From Octopus vulgaris (lineage: Eukaryota): DNA of 64,000 bases. The notes beneath the pieces were generated by a model that made no database searches, was not told the DNA's origin, and saw nothing but the letters and a program-made list of their open reading frames with translations. The position numbers and the translations under genes are program-made. This document shows, in pieces, positions 1-12,897 of this stretch (positions within the stretch are counted from its first letter, which is position 1; each line of letters begins with the position of its first letter). The DNA lies in contig OX597816.1 in NCBI GenBank assembly GCA_951406725.2, positions 139,686,001 through 139,750,000 of the forward strand. The letters run 5' to 3'.

Positions 1-570
1 ATTTTGTTGTTTTATATCCATTATCATTGGATATAATGCTGAAACAATACTTTGAGTATTGGACTTGCAAATTCCAATATGATCGTAGCATTCATTACTC
101 TGTAGATTTTTTCATTTCTTGTCTATATGAATGCATGTATGTCCAAATGTATGTTCATGTGCGTTAATGCGTGCACGTGTATGCATGTATTTGTGTATGT
201 GTGTAGACATAGATTGCAGACGTAGATATGACCAATGGTTTAGAAGTTCGCTTTTCAATCACGAGGCCCCTGGGTTCCATCTCAGAGTGTGGAGTCTTGG
301 GAAGCATCAAGGCGATCCAAATTCTGCAAGAGAAATTGGGGGTAGACAGAAGCTATGTGAAAATCCATCGAATAAATTGTGTAAGCCAAAGGTCCATATT
401 TTGTCCCAGTGATTCCACCAGAATATTACGTTAAGGGTATACGTGATTGTAGAATATTCAGTCACTTCTTAACTGAACTAATTAGTCGTAAATCTAATTA
501 ATAAGAAGGTGGTTCATTTGATAGAGGAGGAGGATCAATCTGATTGTTATCAGTATGATGATGATGAATG

Positions 571-601
<31 letters not shown>

Positions 602-1274
602 GACGAAGATGACGAGACGTGGGGAGGAAGAGAGGAAGGAGATGGATGATTTTAAAAGGAATCGGATGCCGAAAGTAAAAGTATGAGTCCTTGACCTGTA
701 TAGAAAAGTTCAGTTCTCGAAACTGAACCAACGAAGATATGTATTTATCTATATTTAATATTTGTGGCAAGTCATTCGGAGCGCCATTGGTTAATATATA
801 TTCTGGTACAACCATGGTCGGGTCCGTCGCTCACTAAGCTGGTACCCCCACAGTGCAAACCTGATGAGACGGGTTGTCAGAAACCCAGCAAGACATAAAC
901 AGTACGTGTCAAAAAGATGGATGAAACAATAATGGGGTCAGTGACTACCCAACAATAATATGGGTATTTTGATATTCCGGGCTAGAGTCCGGTTCACTGT
1001 ATGTGAAATGGGAAGCGGGAGTGCCTTTTGGATTTCGTTAAAGCATATCTCTCGGAGAAGGTTATTTTGATACATATAACGTAGTAGTGTTGTTGCGAGA
1101 GCTTGTCAATGCTTCGGCTTGTCTAGCTAGGAGTTGGTTGACTTCCATAATGAGAGTTGTTACAGTGTTGTACATTGTGTTTTCGACTGAAATTTTGTAT
1201 CAGAATTGACGACAGATTTTGACTAATCGTTCAAAAAGTAGCTAGCCATCAGATATATATCAATGCAATGCATA

Positions 1275-2290
1275 TGTGTGTGTATGTATGTATGTATGTA
1301 TGTATGTATGTATGTATGTATGTATGTATGTATGTATGTATGTATGTATGTGTGTATGTATGTATGTATGTATGTATGTGTGTGTGTGTACGTATGTATA
1401 CAAGCATGTGTGTGTCTATGTTTATAAGTATGCGTGTGGATGTAAATATATGTGTGTATGTCTATGCATATGTATGCATGCATCTGTCTGTCTATTTGTA
1501 TGTATGTATGTGTGTATGTATGTGTGTATATATGTATGCATCTGTATGTATATGATTATGTGTGTATGTGTGTGCTGATATATGTATGTGCGTATGTATG
1601 TATGTATATATGTGTGTAAACTTATATTTATGCATGTGTACATAAATATATATGTGTGTATGAATATGTATACATGTTTGTCTGTCTGTCTGTCTGTCTG
1701 TATGTATGTATGTATGTATGTATGTATGTATGTATGTATGTATGTATGTATGTATGTATGTATGTATGTATGTATGTATGTATGTATGTATGTATGTATG
1801 TATGTATTTGACTCTGTGTGTGTGTGCGTGTGTGTGCATGTATATATGTACGATGGAAGAGAAAAAAGAGGAAGGGATAGGTATTAAGAAAAAGAGGTGA
1901 AAGAAGGTGTGATCTAAAGGAGAGATAGGCGGTCAGAGAGAAAGGACGAGAGCAAACATTATTTTTAGTACATTATAAGACGTTCATTGCCTTATGTATG
2001 TGTGTATATATGTATGCTCTGTATGTATATGATTATGTGTGTATGTGTGTGCTGATATATGTATGTGCGTATGTATGTATGTATATGTGTAAACTATATT
2101 TATGCATGTGTAATAAATATATATGTGTGTATGAATATGTATACATGTTTGTCTGTCTGTCTGTCTGTCTGTAGTATGTATGTATGTATGTATGTATGTA
2201 TGTATGTATGTATGTATGTATGTATGTATGTATGTATGTATGTATGTATGTATGTATGTATGTATGTATGTATGTATGTATTTGACTCTG
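1275..2290. repeat. (TATG)n/(TCTG)n microsatellite blocks
   Basis: Long perfect TATG runs at about 1283-1378, 1700-1807 and 2174-2281. Confidence 0.97.
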
Positions 2291-2460
2291 TGTGTGTGTG
2301 CGTGTGTGTGCATGTATATATGTACGATGGAAGAGAAAAAGAGGAAGGGATAGGTATTAAGAAAAAGAGGTGAAAGAAGGTGTGATCTAAAGGAGAGATA
2401 GGCGGTCAGAGAGAAAGGACGAGAGCAAACATTATTTTTAGTACATTATAAGACGTTCAT
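1511..2460. repeat. ~480-bp tandem duplication (about 1511-1987 and 1995-2460)
   Basis: The unique stretch GTACGATGGAAGAG...CATTATAAGACGTTCAT occurs twice with its upstream microsatellites. The copies differ mainly by 1-2 bp deletions. Confidence 0.92.
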
Positions 2461-2588
2461 GCCTTCTCCAAGAATATTTGGTATGTAAAAGTAGTTGAAC
2501 AGTCCCAGCTGAAAATTAAAACCAAGAATAAGAAGAGGGATAATAAGAAAAAGAGAAAGACAGTGAGACATAGAGAGAAAATCGCTAA

Positions 2589-2636
<48 letters not shown>

Positions 2637-2678
2637 TGTATCTAAAGCAGTGTGAGTTAGTGAAATAGATAGACCGAC

Positions 2679-2759
<81 letters not shown>

Positions 2760-2899
2760 GATAGATAGATAATTGATTTATATATTCTCTCGAATTCACG
2801 CAGAGAGGATAGAGATAGACAAGATATATGAGCAGTACTTGTGCGCACGCGCGTTATGTGTACGTATAAACATTCATGTACCCCCTTGTGTGTGTATGC

Positions 2900-2942
<43 letters not shown>

Positions 2943-3525
2943 CACACGCACACATATATATATATACATACAAACATATGCACATACGTATGCACATGTA
3001 TCTGTGTATGTATACATACGTGTCTATTTGCATGTGTGTGTGAGAGGGGGAGAGAGAGACAGAAAAATAGAGAGGAGGAGAGGGCATTGAGAACCAGAGA
3101 GAGACAGACAGAAAGAGAGAGAGAGAGAGGGGGAGAGAGAGAAAGTAGAAGGAAATAAGATGCCATTAGTATGTTGTAAAGAGCATCAAGTGAATAATTT
3201 GAAAGTGTGACATTTTCAACTGCTCAACAGTTTGGCCAATTGATGTCACTCATGGAATTTGACACCAATTGACCAACAGAAGGTCGAATCATGGCACGGC
3301 GTGAAGGGATCAGCAACTTCTTTGTAGGTACGTGGGGTGGGGCCAGGGGTAGTTAAATGAAGTGCAGAGGGGGAGCTAATATATTTAGCTAGTGTGTGTA
3401 TGTAGAACTCAGATCACTGCAAAATAAGTTCTACACACACGCAAACAGGTTTACACAGGCATGCTTATATATCTATATACAGTTACGTAGTCATGCTAAT
3501 ATACACACGCATCATTCCATACCTA

Positions 3526-3581
<56 letters not shown>

Positions 3582-3664
3582 GTGTGTATATATATATATT
3601 TATATATTTGTAATATATCAAGCACACTAGCCAACAGTTGATTGCGGGGAACGACTAAATTTCG

Positions 3665-4200
3665 CCTCGATCAGATTTTACCTGGAGCTAAACAAGATTT
3701 GAGCGTTTGATCACCTGGGGTTAAACAGCAACGTCTTTTTGAATGAAACATCGGTTTGATCAGGAATATCGACATCTTTGATGACAGGTCGACTCGATCA
3801 GGACTGATCTGGGGCTAAATAACATCTTTGCTTACAAGTTTGCTTGATCACATCTGACTTAGCAACAACAACTTTATTGATCATAGACCGACTCTAACAG
3901 GACCATGTAACCATGTTATTAATCTAGTTCAGTTCAATCAGGGCTTATCTAGAGCTAAACAGCAACATTATTTGATCATATATGGGCTCTGTGAAGAATG
4001 ACTTGGGGCTAAATAGAAAAAAAAAAACCCTTTGTTTAAAGGCGTTTGATCAGCGGTAACTGAGCACGAAACTAAAAGGACAACGTCTCTGATCATGCAT
4101 CGGCTTTATCAGGACTGACTTGGGGTTAAACAGCAACAACATCTTTGATCATAGATCGGCTTTATCACAACTGACTAAGAGTTAAGCAAGAACAATAAGA
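3665..4200 (+). repeat. Degenerate ~55-60 bp tandem array
   Basis: Recurring unit like TTTGATCATAGATCGGCTTTATCAGGACTGACTTGGGGCTAAACAGCAAC, roughly 8-10 diverged copies. Confidence 0.75.
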
Positions 4201-5289
4201 ATAGGGTTCATACGTTGTAGATTGTACTTGGATAAGTTGGAAAAGGTTTATACAATGAAATTGACATTATAAAGTGATATTTGGAAAATAATGTAGAATG
4301 TAATTCACGGAAGAACCAATCTGGTTCTAAACAAGCAACTCGTCTTCAATTTGGATTGGTTTCGATAACGTCAGTTCACAGCTAAGCGGCTCTATTTGAG
4401 AATTCTGCTACAACCTAGAATTCAGAGAACGTGAGATTGAAAAGAACCACTACGTTGATACAAACGGCATTCAAATTTCTGTCGATTTTCAAATTTCTAC
4501 AAATTTCTGTAAATGTTTCTCTCTCACTTAGGAATGTGTTTTTCAACACTTTGCACTAGTGGTTCCCCATCTTTTCACTGTACCAAGGAATTTCTTTTAT
4601 TTCAAAGAATTTTCTTGCAGATTTCATATTTTTAAAATTTATGTTTACTCGGTCATTAGATGTATTTCCTTAACTAACAACAAACTCTCTGAATTGAAAC
4701 ATATCTTTTATCTTTTATTTGTCTCAGTCAACGGATAATTATATGCAGTTAATTAATTACACATGCCATTCCATCGTCTTTTAAAGTTTTAAACACAACT
4801 CACAAGCCCCAAGTATTACACATCTAGATCTCCAGAAAAGAATCTCTGACTTCGGAGACAGACAAAGGCGATTTACAATAAGATTACATTGAAATGATTG
4901 GCTCTGCTGTCGATTCACTGAAGTTCTACAAATATTGCTTCCTTTGCATTTTAAAAATACACTTCGCTGTTTTATACAATAGTCTGCGTCAGAGTTTAGC
5001 AAAATCAGTTTCGAGAAAGTTAAGGTTCAGTAAAAATCTTCTAGAATCTGGTAAGTAAAAATGTCTTTAAAATGTTAATAATGTATTTCATTTGATTTTT
5101 ATATTTCATATTTCTTTCTTTTGGAGGGATGTAAAATAAGAATAACAGTTTGACGATTTTTGGAAATCATATGAAAGGTCTGAGTAAAGAAATAATTTGG
5201 GAGCCACCGATTTATACTACACACCAACCATTTTTACAGAGTATACTGTCCTCAAATTTAAGTAGGAATATTATACACACACACACACA

Positions 5290-5352
<63 letters not shown>

Positions 5353-5369
5353 TCTTTCCTTTGTTCATT

Positions 5370-5560
5370 AACTTATTTCAGTCATTTGACTGCAACTATG
5401 CTGGAGCCACCGACTTGAAGAATTTCGGCCGAACAAATTGTTTTCTAAGTCTAGTACTTATTCTATTGGGTCTTATGCTGAACCGCTCTGTTACGGGGAC
5501 GTAGACACACCAACACCGATTGTCAAGCGTTGATGCGGGGACATACACAGATACAAATGC
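5370..5560 (-). mobile_element. SINE family A, 3' half
   Basis: Reverse complement matches the 3' half of 9707-10123. Confidence 0.85.
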
Positions 5561-5600
5561 ACACACATATAAATATATACAAACATACATACATAAACAT

Positions 5601-5656
<56 letters not shown>

Positions 5657-5869
5657 ACACACATGCACATTATATGCATATATCTATGTGTCTGTGTGTC
5701 TGTATCGCCATGGAGAGTCTGTTTTGATGTAGAAACATCAGAGAAAGTTAGCATATACTCAATAAAGGTGGTACGTTTTCCTATAGGCGTGTGTTTGTGC
5801 GTGTCTGTATGTGTGTGCACGCACGTGTATGTGTATGTATATATATATATATATATATACATACATACA

Positions 5870-5902
<33 letters not shown>

Positions 5903-6780
5903 GCATACATACTACCATATCAACACACACACATATACATACAGATATATACAAAGAAAGATAAAGATAAAGAGAGAAGGGTGCGTATATATATGTATGT
6001 GTGTACATATAAATATATATGTAGAGATACATAAATACATACATACATACATACATACATACATACATACATACATACATACATACATACATACATACAT
6101 ACATACATACATACATACATGTGACCTTATAAAAACATGTGTATATACATACATATACGTATGTATATTTGACCTTCTGACGTGTGACTAAGCAGTCTCA
6201 CATTACTGAAAACACTTCAGTATAGCCCCTATTCCGCTGACAGATGCAACTTGATACTGAAGTGTTTCCTGACATTCGCCATCATTTTACATGAAGTCCC
6301 ACCTCCAGCACAGCAGGGGGCGGCTTAGAAACAAACTGAATTTCAACCCAACTTCACATTTGTTTATATATCAATGATTCCTTAAGGGCATTGAGCATCG
6401 AGTATTAGGCAAAATAGCATTACTCCTCAATTATTTTAAACAAAACTATCTTAATAGTGATTATCTCGAGCATGTTGGATCCTATCAATTCCTCATTTCA
6501 TGAAGAATAAATACTCTACTTGAAAGAGGGTGTTTTTCATCTTCGTTCTTTCCTTATTTGTTTCAGAACTCGCCAACATTGAAACGTAGAGAATCTTTGA
6601 AGCGATTTTGTTATCAAAAGGGCAAATGCTAATTTAGCTCTAAACAACTGATGTCTAATTAAGCCCAATTATGTTTTAAAGTAGACTATTAGACTGTTGT
6701 ATATGTATATCTCTCTCACATCTCCCTTTATGCCTCTCTCTCTCTTTCTGTATGTATATATGTATATGTATATATGTATA

Positions 6781-6839
<59 letters not shown>

Positions 6840-6915
6840 GTATATGTACATTATATATCTATATACATACATATATATATGTATATATATATATATATGA
6901 ATAAACACACATACA

Positions 6916-6947
<32 letters not shown>

Positions 6948-7139
6948 GATACACGCATCTATTATCTCATGTACAGTTACATGTTCCATAAATTTAGATG
7001 TGGTCTCATTGATCTTGACACCAGTTGTAGAAACGGACCAACTCACATATAGGACAAAGAGACTAGGATGAATGTATGTACGAATGTATGAATGAATGTC
7101 ACCTTCCCTGCTAATTCTATTCCAGGGTAAAAAAAGAAA

Positions 7140-7345
7140 AGAAAAAACCGCGTGTGTGTCGTTGGCATTTTTTCCCTCCGTCTTCCCTTCCTTGGATCTT
7201 TCCTTTCCTATGTTTCCGACAAAGAGCTCCGCTCGAAACGTTAAATCGTTCTTTTTTCCTTTCCTGAGCGTCCAATAACACTATACTTGTTCCACGTCCT
7301 CACGTTGTTGTGTTTTCTCTTTGTGTTTTCATGTTTGGATTAACT

Positions 7346-7347
<2 letters not shown>
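7140..7347 (+). mobile_element. Short Penelope-like terminal-repeat element with degenerate minimal hammerhead
   Basis: TTT-CCGACAA-A-GAGC-TCC-GCTC-GAAAC-GTT-AAA at 7213-7245, then TTCCTGAGCG and a T-rich tail abutting (TA)n. Same layout as 10169-10355, 11763-11960 and 58835-59038. Confidence 0.65.
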
Positions 7348-7404
<57 letters not shown>

Positions 7405-7422
7405 TGTTTGTGAGTGTTTGTT

Positions 7423-7464
<42 letters not shown>

Positions 7465-8029
7465 TAAATGTGTGTACATTATAAAATGATAGATAGATAG
7501 ATAGATAGATAGATAGACAAAACTTACTTAGAAAAGGATGCGTGGCGTTCGATCATATAATAATATAAATAATATATGAATATATGCATATATACATACA
7601 ACACAAGGAATATTCCCCTTCTTCAGTTGCCCCTAACCGCGTTTCGAAGGTAAGGACAAGACGCGACTTCATTGAAACAGTCCTTCCCGCAAAGCAAATT
7701 AAATATATATATATATATATATTTATTTATTTATATACGCCACCTTACTTTTGAGAAGAGACACCTAAATTTCTTCCAAAATTTCAACGGAACTTATCAT
7801 AGGACTCATGCTTATGGATGACATCATGCGCATATTACGTATGAAAGTTGTTCCTACGTAATTTATAGTTATTTTGAAATAACTGGGATAAGAGTTCACA
7901 TAATTCTTCCGTTCTATTTTGATTTCTTGTTTCTTTCTGTAACCTGTATCCATGAATATATACGTCACAAGCTTACCTTTGTTCATTTGCCTTTCTGCCT
8001 CTCACTCTCTCTCTCTTTCTTTCTTTCTG

Positions 8030-8114
<85 letters not shown>

Positions 8115-8122
<8 letters not shown>

Positions 8123-8266
8123 CGAGACAAAACCACTATTTTAAAACCAAACAAGAAAAGACTTAATCAATACATAAAATTTTAATATAAATTAAATAAA
8201 ATTTTATGTATTGATTAAGTCTTTTCTTGTTTGGTTTTAAAATAGTGGTTTTGTCTCGAATTATAT
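8115..8266. repeat. Near-perfect hairpin, ~70-bp arms, ~12-nt loop
   Basis: TAATTCGAGACAAAACCACT...TACATAAAATTTTA followed by its reverse complement, next to (TA)n. Confidence 0.95.
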
Positions 8267-8345
8267 TATATAATATTTTACTATAAAATTGGATTTAACC
8301 CTAAATCTGATTTTTCCCTGTAATTTTGGATTCATTCCCTAATAT

Positions 8346-8407
<62 letters not shown>

Positions 8408-8794
8408 ATATGTATATATACTGTTGTGTCTGGGGAGAGTCATTCTCTTTTATGAATATGCAGAATACATACATACAAACGTACACACATACACATAAAC
8501 ATATGCACACACACATACATGCATACACACACTTACATGCATGAATACATACATACATACATGTGTATGTGCGCACAAACAAAAAGAACACTGCTCGGAC
8601 AACGGTCAGATTCAACAACTATTGAAAAGATTGCAAGATGCAACTAAAATTTTAGAAAAATTAATAAATGAGTGGAAACTTTACCAGTGAATGTGTTAAA
8701 TTATAAAGCACTAAAAGAGAATGACCCTCCCCAGATACAACAGAATATGTTGCAACACACGGACTCACATAAAGAATCTTGCAAACCAAATCCA

Positions 8795-8831
<37 letters not shown>

Positions 8832-8837
<6 letters not shown>

Positions 8838-10153
8838 ATTACTTTATATAATTAGGGTTCAGCAAAAAAAATTTGCTTTACCACATACCGAACTTCTAGA
8901 AATAGCAACGACAGAATTTAGCTATTTCTTCTACTATAAGAAGAGTCTCCCAGATAATGTATACTCAAAAACAACTACTAAATTCTTTGGCTGCTATTTC
9001 TAAAAGTTCGGTATGTGGTAAAGTAAATTTTTTTGCTGAACCCCAGTTATATAAAGTAATGTTTAAATTTACCGTAAATGGTCCTTTTACATACTGAACA
9101 CTACTTGGTAAAATTATTAATTACTAATTAATTAATTTTACCCTTTATTATTATTGACAATATAATTCCCTCCCTGATAATAAACTACAGATTCTTCTGT
9201 GGGAATTTGTTGCTCTATAGCTCACGCGGGTGGACAGGGGAGGATGCGGAGCCTCATTCGTATGTTTTGAATCCGTTAGTACTGGATGTCGAAGATGGTT
9301 TATCTGAGGTTACTCAAATCAGATGGGTATGTTCGATTTTTAGTGCTCTCAAATTTAAATTTAATGAAATCTTTGTGCTGATGACGGAAATGTTAGAATA
9401 GGAATGTATTTCTAGCATCTCTATATCTGACTAACCCAGAAACGCGTTCACAAGTAATCTAATTTCGAGTTATTTTTCCCTCTATGCCTACGTGAATTGT
9501 TTTTGAGTATACATTGTCTGGGAGACTCTTCTCATAGTAGAAGAAATAGCTAAATTCTTTGGCTGCTATTTCTAAAAGTTCGGTATGTGGTAAAGCAAAT
9601 TGTTTTGATGAACCCTAATTATATAAAGTATTGTTTAAATTTACCGTAAATGGTCCTTTTACATACTGAACACTGCTTGGTAAAATTATTAATTACTAAT
9701 TAATTAGGCGCAGGAGTGGCTGTGTGGTAAGTAGCTTGCTAACCAACCACATTGTTCCGGGTTCAGTCCCACTGCGTGGCATCTTGGGCAAGTGTCTTCT
9801 GCTATAGCCCTGGGCCGACCAATGCCTTGTGAGTGGATTTGGTAGACGGAAACTGAAAGAAGCCTGTCGTATATATGTATATATATATATAAGTGTGTGT
9901 GTATATGTTTGTGTGTCTGTGTTTGTCCCCCTAGCATTGCTTGACAACCGATGCTGGTGTGTTTACGTCCCCGTCACTTAGCGGTTCGGCAAAAGAGACC
10001 GATAGAATAAGTACTGGGCTTACAAAGAATAAGTCCCGGGGTCGATTTGCTCGACTAAAGGCGGTGCTCCAGCATGGCCGCAGTCAAATGACTGAAACAA
10101 GTAAAAGAGTAAAAGAGTAAGAGTAATTAATTTTACCCTTTATTATTATTGAC
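8832..10153. mobile_element. Composite element with direct and inverted terminal repeats (Penelope pseudo-LTR-like architecture)
   Basis: 8978-9158 recurs directly at 9550-9706 plus 10124-10153 (split by a SINE). 8832-8974 is the reverse complement of about 9497-9637. Both ends lie in (TA)n. No ORF confirms the class. Confidence 0.6.
9707..10123 (+). mobile_element. Full-length tRNA-derived SINE family A (CORE-like; resembles octopus OR-type SINEs)
   Basis: A box TGGCTGTGTGG, B-box-like GGTTCAGTCCC, CORE-like CTTGGGCAAGTG, (GTAAAAGA)n tail and TAATTA duplicated at 9701-9706/10124-10129. More than 10 copies in the window. Confidence 0.93.
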
Positions 10154-10168
10154 TATATATATATATAT

Positions 10169-10355
10169 AGGGAGAGTTCACGAAAAAAAACAAAAGACGA
10201 AGACAGGTGGTGTAGAAAATAAACAGATGTATAAGTATAGTGCTCAGGAACTGAAAAAGTTTTTTACGCTTCGAGCCTACGCTCTTCTACAGAAAGGTGC
10301 AGAGAAAAAACAAGGAGAGAAACAAGGAGAGAGAAAAATGTGTGTAGTAGCTACC
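10169..10355 (-). mobile_element. Short Penelope-like element with hammerhead-like fold
   Basis: Minus strand CTTT-CTGTAGA-A-GAGC-GTAG-GCTC-GAAGC-GTA-AAA at 10260-10296. Clearly homologous to 58835-59038 and flanked by (TA)n on both sides. Confidence 0.7.
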
Positions 10356-10408
<53 letters not shown>

Positions 10409-10579
10409 TATATATGTCTATATATATATGCCTATATATGTACATATATATATGCACAAATACACACATATATATATATACAAACACACACACAAACACG
10501 CACACACACACACATGCATACACACGCACACACACGCACACATACACACATAAATATAAGTTATATATAAATATGTATA

Positions 10580-11348
10580 CGAGATCTGATCAATAAGTAT
10601 CTGGACTGCTGCTATAGTAATGAAGCTAAAGCATGCAGAGTGAAGCCGCTTGGCACAGATTGACCTTGAACTCTGCTGTGCATGCGCATTAAATTTAAAG
10701 TTCTAGCTCACTTCCGCTATTTACAGCAGTGCTTGGAAGTAACGTGTGATCATCGTATTATCCATGACAGAGAAAGTTGCAGAAAGTGTATGGAGAGGAG
10801 TGTATGAGCTGCATACAAGAGTACGAGCGGTTCAGGCGTTTCCGATGTGCATGCAGCTGTGGAGGGAAATCGTCGAATCAACATCCTTGAGTAATCAGAA
10901 AATGTGCAGATTAGTTACGATGCAGTTCAGTCCATTATCATTGAAGATTTGGGTATGAGATGTGTGTCTGCCAAGTTTGTGCCAAAACAGCTTTCAGCTG
11001 TCCAAAATAGTTACTCGGATTTCAGTTGCACAAGATCTTGATTGTGTCGAAAACGATGAAAAAATTTTTGAAAATTTTGCGTAAGCCTCTGAGCAGGTAT
11101 AGCCAAGCTTTTGGCAAAATACGATGCAGGTTCTCTGCTCAACCTCCTCTGTCATGGTCAATGCGATGATCATACGCTACACACCTTCTTTTCAAGTATT
11201 GGTGTAAACAGAAGAAGTGAGTTAGAACGTTAAAACTTAGAACGCATGCACAACAGAGTTAAGGTCAATCTGTGCCAAGTGGCTTTACTCTGAGTACTTT
11301 AGCTTCGTTACTATGAGAACAATCCAGATACTTATTGATCAGACCATG
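10580..11348 (+). mobile_element. Internally deleted mariner (Tc1/mariner) DNA transposon
   Basis: TA|CGAGATCTGATCAATAAGTATC ... GATACTTATTGATCAGACCATG|TA with ~160-bp imperfect TIRs. Decayed transposase N-terminus KVYGEECMSCIQEYERFRRF and ISYDAVQSIIIEDLGMRCVSAKFVPKQLS (WVPHEL-equivalent linker). No DDD catalytic domain. Confidence 0.9.
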
Positions 11349-11353
11349 TATAT

Positions 11354-11666
11354 ATATTAATAGCTATCGCCATACTAATATGGCAGTCTATAAATATAAG
11401 ACTTAAAGATGTCGCTGATTAGCTCCAAGAGGCCATCGCCTCTGGCTAGCTATATGACAAACGAACCTGCGTCCATTACAACCTTCGAACAGGGGAGGTC
11501 AGCCGCTTCACCTTGCTAGTCAGACATCTGTTCGAAGGTTGTAATGGACGCAGGTTCGTGTGTCATATAGCTAGCTAGAGGCGATGGCCTCTTGGAGCTA
11601 ATCAGCGACAGCTTTAAGTCTTATATTTATAGACTGCCATATTAGTATGGCAATAACTATTAATAT
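11354..11666. repeat. Long palindrome, ~139-bp arms, 35-bp spacer
   Basis: 11354-11492 is the reverse complement of 11528-11666 with about 5 mismatches. Confidence 0.95.
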
Positions 11667-11723
11667 CCAGTAACGCTGCCGTAATCTCCTTTAGAGAGAC
11701 TTAGTAATTTTAATATTTCTATC

Positions 11724-12118
<395 letters not shown>

Positions 12119-12603
12119 TACATAGATGTGTGTGTGTGTGTGTAATGTATGTGTAATGATATGTAACTAAGCAACTTTGTCAAAAAGTCATATAGATTTG
12201 TGTTGAGCAGTAGTCGGTTAGAATTACGGAATGCAGCCATGTTGATTCATCAATAATTTCATAGACTAAGAGAATTTCTTTCTTTCTTTTTTTATTTTTA
12301 TTTTTATTTTTAATCACAGGAATTACAAGGGTCAGATGGTCAATCCTCGGTTTAAGCCTATCAGCTATAAATCTAACTAAGCAAGGTCATTTTTATTTCT
12401 CATACTGTTGTGCAATGAAACAACGATGGTAAACGCATTGATGAGATCTGGTCATGAGAATGATAATTTATACTTCACTACAGTAATTGTTAGTCATGTG
12501 AATGACAACAATTACTTTTAAATTTAAATGGAAACTGAGTCCTAAACTGGATTCGAATGAAGTTTACCTTTACAATATCAATGCTACTATAATACTGTCT
12601 ACA

Positions 12604-12897
12604 TCGGTGGTTCTCAAATATTTCTTATCTATGGACCCCTTTGATTATTATTCCATTCTGGTGGACCTCATTGCCATTCGACGCTTTTAAATGAATTCAT
12701 GCATTAATTCGGGTAGGTTGAAATATGTAAAACATTAGAGAAAGAAACCTAGCTATTTCTTGCAATAAATACATCCAAAGTAACATTCTTTCATGGTCCC
12801 CTAAAACGCTTCTGTGGGTCTCCAGTCTACTCTTTTGCTTGTGTGGACCCCCAAAACTCTTATATGGACCCACAGGGGTCATATGGACTCTGGTTCT
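12604..12897 (+). mobile_element. Degenerate hAT MITE related to 15576-16354
   Basis: Starts CGGTGGTTCTCAAA...CTATGGACCC and has repeated TGGACC subterminal motifs. The right end is uncertain. Confidence 0.55.

Noticed and set aside
838-895. Hammerhead-like CTGATGA-GAC-GGGTT-GTC-AGAAAC
   Set aside because: No stem I can be formed and the spacing is non-canonical.
740-1200. Possible decayed RTE-like LINE fragment on the minus strand
   Set aside because: Only faint, frameshifted hints (TLLRY, LLLGSH). Not supportable without a profile search.
7765-7986. Possible GIY-YIG remnant (NYVGTT) near Penelope-like repeats
   Set aside because: A single short motif with no upstream GIY-like strand or downstream R/E residues recognisable.
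9707-9780. tRNA gene (A and B boxes present)
   Set aside because: No full cloverleaf. It continues into a SINE body repeated many times.
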